Assembly: GCA_036918135.1 (NCBI GenBank)
Contig: JBALDB010000032.1
Coordinates: 1-64,000, forward strand
Length of the DNA stretch: 64,000 bases
Reading direction: 5' to 3'
DNA from: Nostoc sp.
Lineage (GTDB): Bacteria; Cyanobacteriota; Cyanobacteriia; Cyanobacteriales; Nostocaceae
A program made the translations under genes and the position numbers. Below the pieces are notes generated by a model, which was not told the DNA's origin, made no database searches, and saw only the letters and a list, made by a program, of their open reading frames with translations. Every line of letters starts with the position of its first letter. Position 1 is the stretch's first letter. This document shows, piece after piece, positions 42,644 to 52,425 of the stretch.

Positions 42644-42750
42644 CGAGGTGTTCCAGGTGGATAGCACGCTTCAAAAGCCGAAAAGCCTCTGGCTGACAGG
42701 GTGACAAAGTGACTGAAGCCGAGGAAATAGGATAGTGTGACCGTTTTGGG

Positions 42751-42930
42751 GTCAACTTAACATAAAACTCTTATCAAAACTTGATTTTGAATTCACTCAT
42801 TTAGGATCGCAATTCGCCTTACCCCATCCCAGTTTTCTCTAAAGCCAAAACTTCCCCTCAGAGCTTGGTTTGAGGGGATTAAGGGATGGGGTAAAATGTC
42901 TATGGGACAATGGTTTGAGCTTAAGTTGAC
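42751..42930. mobile_element. MITE-like nested palindrome
   Basis: GTCAACTTAA/TTAAGTTGAC ends; inner IRs TTACCCCATCCC/GGGATGGGGTAA and TCCCCTCA/TGAGGGGA. Confidence 0.7.
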
Positions 42931-43008
42931 ACTAATAACAAGATACCCACCCCACAAGATTGATATAACTAAATAATCTAAATTTTTGTAATTATCAGGT
43001 AAATCACA

Positions 43009-43977
43009 ATGATTAGCGGGATTTTTGAAAATTGTGTTGGTTCAAAGGATATTGAAGCTACTCTGAAATATTGGAATGAGTTCGGCTATCGAGAGGTCAA
43101 GAGGGGAGAATTTTCTACAGAATACGCAAAATTACTCTACGGTCATGGCTCAGATTTAACATCACTGCGACTGCAAAATGGTAACTCATCAGAACATGGA
43201 CTGGTGCGAGTAATGTGGTGGGAACAACCGCGCAATGAAGGACTAGGTGATACCTTGCCAGTGGTGGAGGGTAGTCGGTGGTTTGCTTCTTTGACTCAAG
43301 ATATTTATGCGATCGCAGATGCCTTTGCCGACGACAAAGCCAATGGCGGAGACTGGATTTATACCGAACCAGTCCGTGGCATCGAATTTGTTGGCAATGT
43401 GGGGACGGGATTATATAACCGCTTTGTCGGTGTCCGGGAAATGTTTGTTATTGGTAAAGAGACACGACAGGCGTTTTTCCAGCGATATAACTATGACCGC
43501 CCTGGTTATGGCACTATTAATCCGAGTTCTGGGCTATTACTGAGCGAGGGCACTCACTCTAGTTTCATCACTTCTGACCACAGCCTCACCTCTTTTTATG
43601 CAGAGGTTTTTGGACTTGTGCCATCAGAGAATAACCCCAAGCTGTCTGGCTATAAAAATCCCTCGACTCGGCAGATTATGATGCTGGATGAAGGGCAAGA
43701 ATTTTATCTTTCGGTTTTCGCTTCACCAAAGACCAATGTTGGAGTTTTTCAAGTTTATAGCCCACTTTATCCTACAAGCGATCGCCGCGAATACGCTCAA
43801 CCAGGTTCATTGGGAATAAGCCTTTTCACTTATCAAGTTGAGGATATTGAAGCTTTTCAGCAACGCGTCATTGCCAGCAACGCTACTAATGTCACACCGA
43901 TTGTTCCTAACGAATTTGGCGAACCTTCTTTTGGATTAGTTGCACCAGATGGAATGTACTGGGTAATTGTTGGTTAG
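43009..43977 (+). CDS. Tandem VOC-fold protein of unknown function
   Basis: Two glyoxalase-like halves; APDGMYWVIV terminus. Confidence 0.7.
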   Translation: MISGIFENCVGSKDIEATLKYWNEFGYREVKRGEFSTEYAKLLYGHGSDLTSLRLQNGNSSEHGLVRVMWWEQPRNEGLGDTLPVVEGSRWFASLTQDIYAIADAFADDKANGGDWIYTEPVRGIEFVGNVGTGLYNRFVGVREMFVIGKETRQAFFQRYNYDRPGYGTINPSSGLLLSEGTHSSFITSDHSLTSFYAEVFGLVPSENNPKLSGYKNPSTRQIMMLDEGQEFYLSVFASPKTNVGVFQVYSPLYPTSDRREYAQPGSLGISLFTYQVEDIEAFQQRVIASNATNVTPIVPNEFGEPSFGLVAPDGMYWVIVG

Positions 43978-44125
43978 TCAAGGCTTTTCGTTGGGGAATA
44001 TGGTGAGACAAGTAGACAAGGGGACAAAAAATAACTTTTAACTCCTCACTCAACAGTTAACAGTCATTAGTCATCAATCAACACTTATTAACCAGCACTC
44101 CATATTTGCCCCATATCCGCATACA

Positions 44126-44527
44126 TTAAACTTCTCTACCGCCTGTATGCGAAGAAGTTAACGTCAATAGATAGCCGTCTGGCCCAGTCAAGGTAAATGA
44201 ACTGTGGATTCTACCTGGTTCGATTTCAGAAACAGTCAGTCCCCACTCTCTAAAAGTATCTCTAGTGGCAAAAACATCATCTACCATCAAATCAAAAGGT
44301 GCCTTGGTTCCAGAAGTAATGGCCTCTGGTGTTGTTCTCAAAACTAAATGCGTTCCTCCCCGTAATTCTAAAACAGCTACTTGTTCTGATTGAGTAATTT
44401 GCCGTAGCCCTATTTTGACGAAAAATTCACTAGCCTCTCGTACATTACTCACATACAATCTCACGTGACCAATCGCCACAGGAGGACGACTAGCTTTTTC
44501 TTTTGCAATAGTTTCCGATAGTGACAT
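44126..44527 (-). CDS. VOC/glyoxalase family protein
   Basis: IGHVRLYV...GPDGYLLTL pattern. Confidence 0.85.
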   Translation of the reverse strand: MSLSETIAKEKASRPPVAIGHVRLYVSNVREASEFFVKIGLRQITQSEQVAVLELRGGTHLVLRTTPEAITSGTKAPFDLMVDDVFATRDTFREWGLTVSEIEPGRIHSSFTLTGPDGYLLTLTSSHTGGREV

Positions 44528-44569
44528 AACTTCAATCCAAAAATATTTAGATTAGTGTTCAACGTTGAC

Positions 44570-45343
44570 TTAATTAAGTTTCCCATCTTCTAAATCAGCT
44601 TTGCCAAATTCAGCAGTTTTGGGTAAATTCATCTCAACATTTGATATAGTATCAACTTCTATTTTAGCATTTTGAAACTGCCCATCTAAAATATGTCCTC
44701 CAGTTTTTCGATTTGCAGTTATAAAATGAAAATGGTAGCCGTTAACATTTATCCCTTGCATATATTTTGGTGTACGAAAACCTACTATAATACCATTGAC
44801 ATTCCTTAACTCAAAAACTGATTGTTTTTTTAGTACCTCTACCAAAGGAAGATAGGGTGGGGTTTGTTTGGGAACAGTTCTAAATTTGAGATAAGGAAAA
44901 TTACCTTGAATACGAATCGCATAAGGATAATTTTTTGTTAGTAAGCGTCGATCTAAAGATTCCTGCAATTGCTGATAATTTATTTGTCCTTCAATATTAA
45001 TTAGTTTTTCTGGTTTAAAAAAGGTGACTGCTGCAAAAGGACTTGCCATCGAATCAGGAACGACAGAAGCAACTCCATCTGCTTTGATTTGATAAAATTT
45101 TCCATCTAATCCAATCATTTCTCCATCTAGATAGTTGACTGTCCCTAAACCAAAATCACCATATTTTTTTAATTCCTTAAAATTAGTATTTCCCTCATAA
45201 ATTCCTATTGCCAGAGCGCTAATTGTAGATGTTTGAAATAAGGTATTTAATGATGTGTGTGCCTGAGTTGTTCCCAGCATAATCACACCTAATAATGCAG
45301 TGATGCTTAAAATAGCTATCCAGAAATAACGCTTGATTTTCAT
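44570..45343 (-). CDS. budA: Alpha-acetolactate decarboxylase with N-terminal signal-like segment
   Basis: GDFGLGT..LDGEMI and GYHFHFIT...GGH motifs; start at MKIKRYFW. Confidence 0.92.
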   Translation of the reverse strand: MKIKRYFWIAILSITALLGVIMLGTTQAHTSLNTLFQTSTISALAIGIYEGNTNFKELKKYGDFGLGTVNYLDGEMIGLDGKFYQIKADGVASVVPDSMASPFAAVTFFKPEKLINIEGQINYQQLQESLDRRLLTKNYPYAIRIQGNFPYLKFRTVPKQTPPYLPLVEVLKKQSVFELRNVNGIIVGFRTPKYMQGINVNGYHFHFITANRKTGGHILDGQFQNAKIEVDTISNVEMNLPKTAEFGKADLEDGKLN

Positions 45344-45409
45344 AAGATAAAATAGATAAAGGGTATAGGGCATAAGGCAGGCAGCCACTACGGTCTTAGG
45401 ATCTCACAC

Positions 45410-45598
45410 GAATGGCACTAAGACTCATGTAAAACCTTTGCCTAGAGTGGGTGTGGGAGGGGTGAGAAGTGTGGGAGGAAAAGGAGGTGTGGGAGGATGG
45501 GGAAGAAATCTTTCCCCCCTCTCTCCCCACACTCCCCACACTCCCCACACCCAAAAGCCTTGTAAACAATAGATTTGCTGTTATCGTTAGTGCCATTG
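45410..45598. mobile_element. 189-bp MITE with TIRs and an 11-bp target-site duplication
   Basis: AATGGCACTAA (45411) and TTAGTGCCATT (45587) flanked by GGATCTCACAC at 45399-45409 and 45599-45609. Confidence 0.88.
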
Positions 45599-45661
45599 GG
45601 ATCTCACACCACTTCCTACAGCAGGGGAACCATCAAGGGCAAAGTAGATCTCCCTTCGGGT

Positions 45662-45732
45662 GACGCTCTCTACGAGACGCTCTTGCTAGCTTGCTTCTCT
45701 GTAAGAGTACGCAAGCTCGCTAACGCTGCGCT
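45662..45732. repeat. 71-bp composite small dispersed repeat
   Basis: Near-copy of 9742-9812. Confidence 0.85.
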
Positions 45733-46126
45733 GACAGAAGTTTCAACTCGACGGGAGTCACCAAGACTTGAACTTCCTCACCAAGTAGAGAAAGTGGCGT
45801 CATTGGGCATTGGTTATTCCCCGCGTCTTTCAATCTCCCCATCACCCTTATGCCGTCGTCTTGCGATAATTGTCGTTCCTCGCACTGCTAATTCACAGTT
45901 ATAACGAGGCACTTCCACGTTAGATAGCGACGTAGGAGCGTCTGATTCGGCGAATTGCTACTCTATGACCGTGACCAGTTGAACTGTATGTAGACAGGGT
46001 AATTAATTAACACCAACTAAGCTTACAGCACGGCAACAGATGCAGGTATTGATAATCCAAATCTTTTCGCCAAATGCTTGATTCTTATAATTTTCTATGA
46101 TATTTTTCTTTCTACAACCCTAAAAA

Positions 46127-46152
46127 TACGGTAACTTTATCTATTTACCGTA
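46127..46152. promoter_or_regulatory. Putative sulfur-regulon operator, copy 6 (perfect arms)
   Basis: TACGGTAA-CTTTATCTAT-TTACCGTA; TATGAT -10 candidate at 46162-46167. Confidence 0.78.
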
Positions 46153-46287
46153 GTTAAAAGATATGATTAACCTAGTTGTAGAAATTTAAAGTAAAGAAAG
46201 AATAGGTAACTTATGAAGTTGATCTATTGCAGGCACTAAATTGCCAAACAACGATCTAGAAATTAATCTCTAAGCCAGGGTAACCTT

Positions 46288-47235
46288 ATGAGCAAAATAC
46301 GTGCTGTGATTGTTGACCCTAATGTGCCAGGGCGTTTGGCACTGAATGAAGTGACTGCACCACAGCCTGCTTCAGATGAAGCTTTAGTACGGGTAGCGGC
46401 GATTTCCTTAAATCGGGGAGAGGTGAAACGTTCAACCACTGCTGAGGCTGGTTGGCAGCCTGGTTGGGACTTGGCTGGTGTAATAGAAACTCCTGCCATT
46501 GATGGGTCGGGGCCTGCCCAAGGAGCGCGTGTAGTTGGCTTACGTCGTAGCGGTGCTTGGGCAGAACTTGTGTCTGTTCCTAGCAACGCTCTAGCAGAAT
46601 TACCGCCATCAGTATCCTTTGCTAAAGCTGCCACGTTGCCTGTAGCCGGTTTAACTGCGTACCATGCCTTGCTAAAAGGCGGCTCACTTTTAGGTAGACC
46701 CGTTCTAGTGACGGGTGCATCAGGAGGTGTTGGTTACTTTGCGATTCAATTGGCACGACTCTCAGGGGCGCAAGTCGTGGCACACATTCGCCAAGCTGGG
46801 TATGAGACTTTAGTTAGAGAAGCAGGGGCGCAATCAGTGGTGATTGGCGAAGACCCGTCAGCTGCAAAGGAATATGGGCCTTATCATCTAATTGTAGAGT
46901 CAGTGGGTGGCAAAACTTTGGGTATAGCTCTTAGTTTACTGGCTCAGGATGGAAAAACTGTGCTGTATGGAGTATCTGGGGGAGCTGAAGTGACATTCGA
47001 TGCTGCTCAATTTTTCGGGACTGGTAGCGTCAGCTTGTATGGTTTACGTCTGTTCGATGAACTGAGATTTGAATCAGCAGCAATCAGTTTAAAACGGCTT
47101 TTGAGTTTAGTAGAAGCAGGTCATTTGCGTCCTCACATTGATTTAGAAGCTTCTTGGACAGAAATAGCTGATGTAGCCCAAAAACTACTCGACAGGAGTT
47201 TTCCTGGCAAGGCTGTATTGCACATTTTCAATTGA
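46288..47235 (+). CDS. MDR-family (zinc-independent-type) oxidoreductase
   Basis: ISLNRGE, VLVTGASGGVG and GKAVL motifs; no Cys, so no Zn-thiolate ligands. Confidence 0.9.
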   Translation: MSKIRAVIVDPNVPGRLALNEVTAPQPASDEALVRVAAISLNRGEVKRSTTAEAGWQPGWDLAGVIETPAIDGSGPAQGARVVGLRRSGAWAELVSVPSNALAELPPSVSFAKAATLPVAGLTAYHALLKGGSLLGRPVLVTGASGGVGYFAIQLARLSGAQVVAHIRQAGYETLVREAGAQSVVIGEDPSAAKEYGPYHLIVESVGGKTLGIALSLLAQDGKTVLYGVSGGAEVTFDAAQFFGTGSVSLYGLRLFDELRFESAAISLKRLLSLVEAGHLRPHIDLEASWTEIADVAQKLLDRSFPGKAVLHIFN

Positions 47236-47347
47236 GTATTAGCAAATTCGTAAATCGTAATTAATTCTCTTTTTATACACCTAAATTCATTGTTTAGAGC
47301 CGCCTAACTTCAGGTGTTGGGTAATAATTATGAATTACGAATTAGCA

Positions 47348-47728
47348 ATTGCGAATGACGCTGACTTCTGGTTGAAACTAGACCAACTTGTAGCTGCTAG
47401 TAACCTGAAGATAGATCGTCCAAAAGGGACATCACATCCACGTTATCCATCCTTTATTTATCCACTGGATTATGGATATTTGGAAGATACCTGAGCAGGA
47501 GATCGAGCTAATATAGATGTCTGGACAGGAAGCTTGTTTAGTAGAACAATCACCGCCCTCATTTGTAGTGTTGACTTGGAAAAACGGGATACAGAAATCA
47601 AGATACTTCTAGGCTGTACATCCCAGGAAAGCCGAATCATCTTAAATATCCACAATATAGGTTCTCAATCAGCAATATTATTGGTTCGCGCTAAGGTCGA
47701 TGCAATTGGGGAGATAGCTGGCTTGTGA
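47348..47728 (+). pseudogene. Small inorganic pyrophosphatase-family pseudogene
   Basis: IDRPKGTSHPRYPSFIYPLDYGYLEDT*AGD..IDVW...VDLEKRDTEIKILLGCT; TGA at 47492; no ATG at the expected start. Confidence 0.8.
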
Positions 47729-47759
47729 AAAAGAAATTACATTTTGAGTGTAACTTTGT

Positions 47760-48560
47760 ATGAGCTTAGAACTAAAACTATCTGGTAAAACAGCGATTGT
47801 TACAGGAGGAAGTGCAGGAATTGGCTTAGCGATCGCCAAAGCCCTCTATAGTGAAGGTGTGAATGTGGCGATCGCAGCTCGTAATTCAGAACGACTAGAA
47901 AATGCTGTCAGTGCAATTCAGTCCTTACCGACTCTAGGGGCGAAAGTCATCTCTATCAATGCTGATTTGACTCAAGCTGAGGATGTTGAGAAAGTTGTCT
48001 CAACAACTCTGACACAGTTTGGTCAGATTGATATTTTGATTAATAATGCCGGTTCAGCGCGTGCAGGCTCGTTCCTCGAACTGGGCGATGATGTATTGTT
48101 GGATGCTTGGAACTTAAAACTATTGGGCTACATTCGCTTGGTAAGAGCCGTTGTACCCCATCAAAAAAATCGAGGTGATGGACGCATTGTCAATATCATT
48201 GGTGGTGCAGGACGTACACCTCGTCCTGGCTTCGTTGCTGGTGGTACGACCAATGCCGCGCTACTCAACTTTACTAGAGGAATTTCTAAAGAGTTAGCCG
48301 AATACAATATCCGGATTAATGCCATTTCACCTGGTGCTACCGCTACAGAACGAGCCGAACGCTTGGCACAACAGAATGCCCAAGCGCGTGGCATCACACT
48401 AGAACAGGCAAAAGCAGAAACTATTCAAAGCATTCCTTTAAAAAGAATTGCTCAGCCAGAGGAAATTGCATCCTTGGCTCTATTTTTAGTTTCTGACCTT
48501 GCCGCTTCGATTACAGGAGCAGAAATTCTTGTTGATGGTGGGTCTACCCCTGGTGTTTAA
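47760..48560 (+). CDS. Short-chain dehydrogenase/reductase
   Basis: TGGSAGIG, ILINNAG and VDGG motifs; lacks the canonical YxxxK. Confidence 0.93.
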   Translation: MSLELKLSGKTAIVTGGSAGIGLAIAKALYSEGVNVAIAARNSERLENAVSAIQSLPTLGAKVISINADLTQAEDVEKVVSTTLTQFGQIDILINNAGSARAGSFLELGDDVLLDAWNLKLLGYIRLVRAVVPHQKNRGDGRIVNIIGGAGRTPRPGFVAGGTTNAALLNFTRGISKELAEYNIRINAISPGATATERAERLAQQNAQARGITLEQAKAETIQSIPLKRIAQPEEIASLALFLVSDLAASITGAEILVDGGSTPGV

Positions 48561-48696
48561 CGCATAGAGGTAGGTGGGGAGATGGGGAAATAGAGAGGTG
48601 GGGGAGAAAGTAATTCTTCTTTCCCCTTATCTCCCCATCCTCTTACCCCATGCCTAATGCACATTCACTTTAAAATTTTTCAGGAGAAACAAATAC

Positions 48697-49614
48697 ATGA
48701 GTTCCCAATACTTTGACATCAAACCAGTTGCCGGACGCATCGGTGCTGAAATCTTAAATGTTGATTTGAGTACTGACCTCAGCGATGAAATTATCAGTGA
48801 TATCCGCAAAACATTAGTTCAATACAAAGTAATTTTCTTCCGTGGTCAACAGCGACTTGATGCTAACGGACAGGTAGTTTTCGCTCGCCGCTTTGGTGAA
48901 GTCACTACCGCTCACCCCACTGTCCCTTCACTTCCAGACCATCCAGAAGTCTTAGATTTGAATTATGGCAAAACCAGTTCCCGCGCCAATAGTTGGCACA
49001 CAGATGTAACATTTGTAGACCGTCCTCCGCTTGGTTCTATTTTGCGATCGCTTGTGATTCCGTCGGCTGGAGGCGATACAATTTGGGCAAACTCGGTAAC
49101 TGCATATCAAGATTTACCAATTCATCTACGTAATACTGCAAATGAACTCTGGGCAGTACATAGCAACGCCTATGATTATGCAACTGGATTTGACCTTCCC
49201 GAAGATGTGAAAGCTTACCGAGCTGTTTTCACCTCAACGGTATATGAGACGCTTCACCCAGTAGTACGCGTTCATCCTGAATCAGGGGAGCATGGGTTAT
49301 TTATTGGTGGCTTTGTTCGCCAGTTCCGTGGTCTATCAACGACTGAATCAGATGATATTTTACGACTGTTACAAGCTTATGTAACACGTCCGGAAAATAC
49401 GGTTCGTTGGCGTTGGCAAGTTGGTGATGTAGCATTTTGGGACAACCGCGCTACTCAGCATTATGCAGTTGCTGATTACGGCAACCAAGCCCGCCACGTT
49501 CAACGAGTGACAATTGTTGGCGATATTCCAGTTGGTATTGATGGCAAACAAAGTCAAGCCATCAAGGGTGACTCTTCTGCATACAACCGACGTGAGGTAG
49601 TTGCAGCAATTTAA
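48697..49614 (+). CDS. TauD/TfdA-family Fe/2-oxoglutarate dioxygenase (taurine dioxygenase/alkylsulfatase-like)
   Basis: WHTDVTF, GGDT, HPVVRVHP and WDNRATQH motifs. Confidence 0.93.
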   Translation: MSSQYFDIKPVAGRIGAEILNVDLSTDLSDEIISDIRKTLVQYKVIFFRGQQRLDANGQVVFARRFGEVTTAHPTVPSLPDHPEVLDLNYGKTSSRANSWHTDVTFVDRPPLGSILRSLVIPSAGGDTIWANSVTAYQDLPIHLRNTANELWAVHSNAYDYATGFDLPEDVKAYRAVFTSTVYETLHPVVRVHPESGEHGLFIGGFVRQFRGLSTTESDDILRLLQAYVTRPENTVRWRWQVGDVAFWDNRATQHYAVADYGNQARHVQRVTIVGDIPVGIDGKQSQAIKGDSSAYNRREVVAAI

Positions 49615-49656
49615 AAGTTAGAAGCTATAAACATTTTATGAAATACTTGATAGAGA

Positions 49657-49826
49657 TAAGTAGCTCAACCTAATTGAATGTGAAATGTAATTACGAGTAA
49701 AACGCACTCAAGCGTACCACTTCCCTGCGGGACGCTACGCGAACGTAGAAGCAAGCTACGCACAGCGTCTCGTAGAGAAGTAATCGCCAAGATTCTATCT
49801 TACGTTTTTCAATGTTGACCTACTTA
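49657..49826. mobile_element. MITE-like element carrying nested small repeats
   Basis: TAAGTAGCTCAAC/GTTGACCTACTTA ends; internal inverted partial copy of the 71-bp repeat (49747-49778). Confidence 0.6.
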
Positions 49827-50076
49827 TTAAGTAGGGGCGTATAGCTTACGTCCCTACAGATGATATCATGTTCGGCTAATCAGTTGTGATATGTCCGAAG
49901 CGAGTGCAACAAAGTGGAACCAAACAATTACATGGTGTGTGCGATTACTTCACTCGGTTTGCAATGACAAGTATTCACCCAAATATAATATGATTCATAT
50001 GTTGCAAAGATTTTTGTCAATGCTATTAGAGCAGAAACTTTCTTGCAAATTTAGTATTTAGCCAATATTTCAATAA

Positions 50077-50541
50077 TTACCATTGTGAAAAAGGGTGTTT
50101 TACTAAATTGCTGTTGAAATATCTGGAATCATGAGAAACTTCTTGTCCAATCCAGATTGGTAGTTCGATTTGTTGATTTTCATCGCTGAGTTCAACTTCT
50201 GCTAAAATCAGTCCTTTATTAACACCTTCAAACTCATCTATTTCCCAAATCAAACCACCCCACTCTATCTTATATCTGATTTTTTCAATAAATGGACGTT
50301 CGCACAATGTTTCAAGCATTTGTTGAGCATCTTTAATAGGAATAGGATACTCAAACTCTAATCTTGAATATTGAATAGTAGGGCCTTTAATTGTCAAATA
50401 ACCTTTTTCTCCTACTATACGCACACGTACAGTTGCTTTATCTTGTGTAGGAATGTATCCCTGACGATAGACATTACCTTCAGCTAATCCTCTCCAACTA
50501 TCTCCAATCGCTAAATATTTACGCTCTATTTCTTTCGCCAT
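50077..50541 (-). CDS. CYTH domain protein
   Basis: EIERKYL, VRVR, LTIKG and LAEVEL motifs. Confidence 0.93.
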   Translation of the reverse strand: MAKEIERKYLAIGDSWRGLAEGNVYRQGYIPTQDKATVRVRIVGEKGYLTIKGPTIQYSRLEFEYPIPIKDAQQMLETLCERPFIEKIRYKIEWGGLIWEIDEFEGVNKGLILAEVELSDENQQIELPIWIGQEVSHDSRYFNSNLVKHPFSQW

Positions 50542-50570
50542 CTTACTAAATCCCTAATCCCCAGTCGCTT

Positions 50571-50797
50571 TTACTTCCAAACTTCGGTTAAATCAAAGAG
50601 AAACCCAGGCAAAACATTTTACCCTGACAAAGTTACAGAATTATCCTATACTTATACGCCTGGAGAAAGTATATAAAGTTTTACTTTTTTTTGGTCATTT
50701 AACCAACCTAAACAAGCTTCATTCTCCAATTACTATCTCATTTTGGCTTGAGTAACTCCAGGTTGTCATTTTTAGAATGCAATTTTAACACAAAATT
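50571..50797 (-). pseudogene. Uma2-family endonuclease remnant
   Basis: NFVLKLHSKNDN / QAKMR**LENEACLGWL / TLSG*NVLPGFLFDLTEVWK*. Confidence 0.8.
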
Positions 50798-51252
50798 ATA
50801 TCTGCGGTAACTTCCAAAGTGCAGAATAGTTGGAACCTAGTTTGCCAACCCTGTGCTTTAAGTGTTGGTAACGTACCGTAGCAATCTGGCGAAAGCTATT
50901 CACTTATTTGGCGATCGCAGCAGTCTCAAAGTCGGTAAAGCCGATTTACTCGCTGTTGATAATGATATATTGCTATACCTAATTCAACCATCTGTCAAGG
51001 TCGTCGAATTACTTAAATAAAATCACGAGTCAGAATTCAGCAATGCTTGAAGTGGCGCATTAGAACTCTTCACAAATTTTGCAGAGGAAATAGGGAACAC
51101 GAAACACAAAACTCTTAACAAGAAAGAAGATATGTAGAGAAGTAAGTCGCTTTTGCAAATATTAAAGTCAAGTCTTATATCAGTTATAATTTAACAATCA
51201 ATATTATATTATTAAATGATAACTTATCACTGATTAAAACTTTAATAAATAT

Positions 51253-51936
51253 TTATTCAATAAGCACTAAGTTTTCTGCTTTTACTTGTTCTTTTGCTAA
51301 AGCTAATGCTTGATAAGCATTTTTAAACCTTGTCTCATCTGTAAATTTATGACCAAAACGCTTTAAATAAGCTTCCAGATACCTAATACGTAAGTGTGGA
51401 TCGCTCGGACTTTGCATAAAGGGGAGATCTGCTTCAACCATAAACCGAATAGCTAACAAGGGAATAGGGCTACGAAGTGGACGGAAGTTCGGGTTATGCA
51501 AACCAGAACTTTCATTACGTTTATGAAATTCTCCGAGCATTAATCCTGATTCGACAAACAAAGGTTTAAGTTTTTGTTGAACGCTATCTATTAATTCAGG
51601 AGCTTCGTCTACATGAATGTCAGGAAATATTAGCAGAAAAGCTCTACTGATTGTTAATTCTTGCTCTTTGACTTCCATATTAAGGAAGATATCTCGGTAA
51701 TGTCTAACAATATTTTCTACTTGTTCTGGATACAAGTCTTTTGTATGAATAACTGCTAGACGAATGCTATTTGATTTAAGAGAGTGAGGTACAAAAGGGC
51801 AAACCACACCAGGTCTTCCTAGATGAGGATGAGGTCTTCCTAAAAAATTTTTGACCCACTCCAAAATTTGAATGAAGTAGGGAAGGTCTTCGCCTTCCTG
51901 AAGTTGTCCAATTTCAACAGGTGTATATAGTTGCAT
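51253..51936 (-). CDS. DUF6875-like protein
   Basis: PHPHLGRPGVVCPFV, GLMLGEFH and LRSPIPLLAIRFMV motifs. Confidence 0.72.
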   Translation of the reverse strand: MQLYTPVEIGQLQEGEDLPYFIQILEWVKNFLGRPHPHLGRPGVVCPFVPHSLKSNSIRLAVIHTKDLYPEQVENIVRHYRDIFLNMEVKEQELTISRAFLLIFPDIHVDEAPELIDSVQQKLKPLFVESGLMLGEFHKRNESSGLHNPNFRPLRSPIPLLAIRFMVEADLPFMQSPSDPHLRIRYLEAYLKRFGHKFTDETRFKNAYQALALAKEQVKAENLVLIE

Positions 51937-52425
51937 TAGCTTAAGTTAAGAGTAGTAATTGTTCAATTGTTAATTCAAAATTATTTGAACGATGCTATTT
52001 AATGCCTAAAATTATTTTTTATCTAAAAAATTAGCCTTAATTATGTTGTATTTATGGCTGATTTATCTTTTTAAAAATATAAAAACTTTTTAATATTTTG
52101 TATACTTCTATTACTTGAAAGCAGCACAAATAACACAAAATATATTCAAAATATATTTCAGGCTTAAAGAATTTATTTCTTTTTTATGAGCATCATTTGT
52201 AGTCTTGTAGTTGAGATATCTATTTTTTAACCTTGTCCTCCTGCTTTTTTAGTATTTATATATCTCATAATATTTTTAACAAAAGTATTATAAAGTTAAA
52301 ATATTACTACGTAGTTTTATTGTAAAAATTTAGTATAGATTTTCAATTACTGATAGTATGTAATATCAAGTTAATATGAAGCTAAATAGAATAGAGAGAA
52401 GCAAACTTGATAACTATCAATTCCT

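Noticed and set aside
37272..42755. Many antisense and alternate-frame ORFs in the island
   Set aside because: Shadows of real genes in GC-richer DNA; no motifs
45389..50880. Half-sites TACGGTCT (45389) and GTACCGTA (50873) as extra operator copies
   Set aside because: No second arm at the N10 spacing
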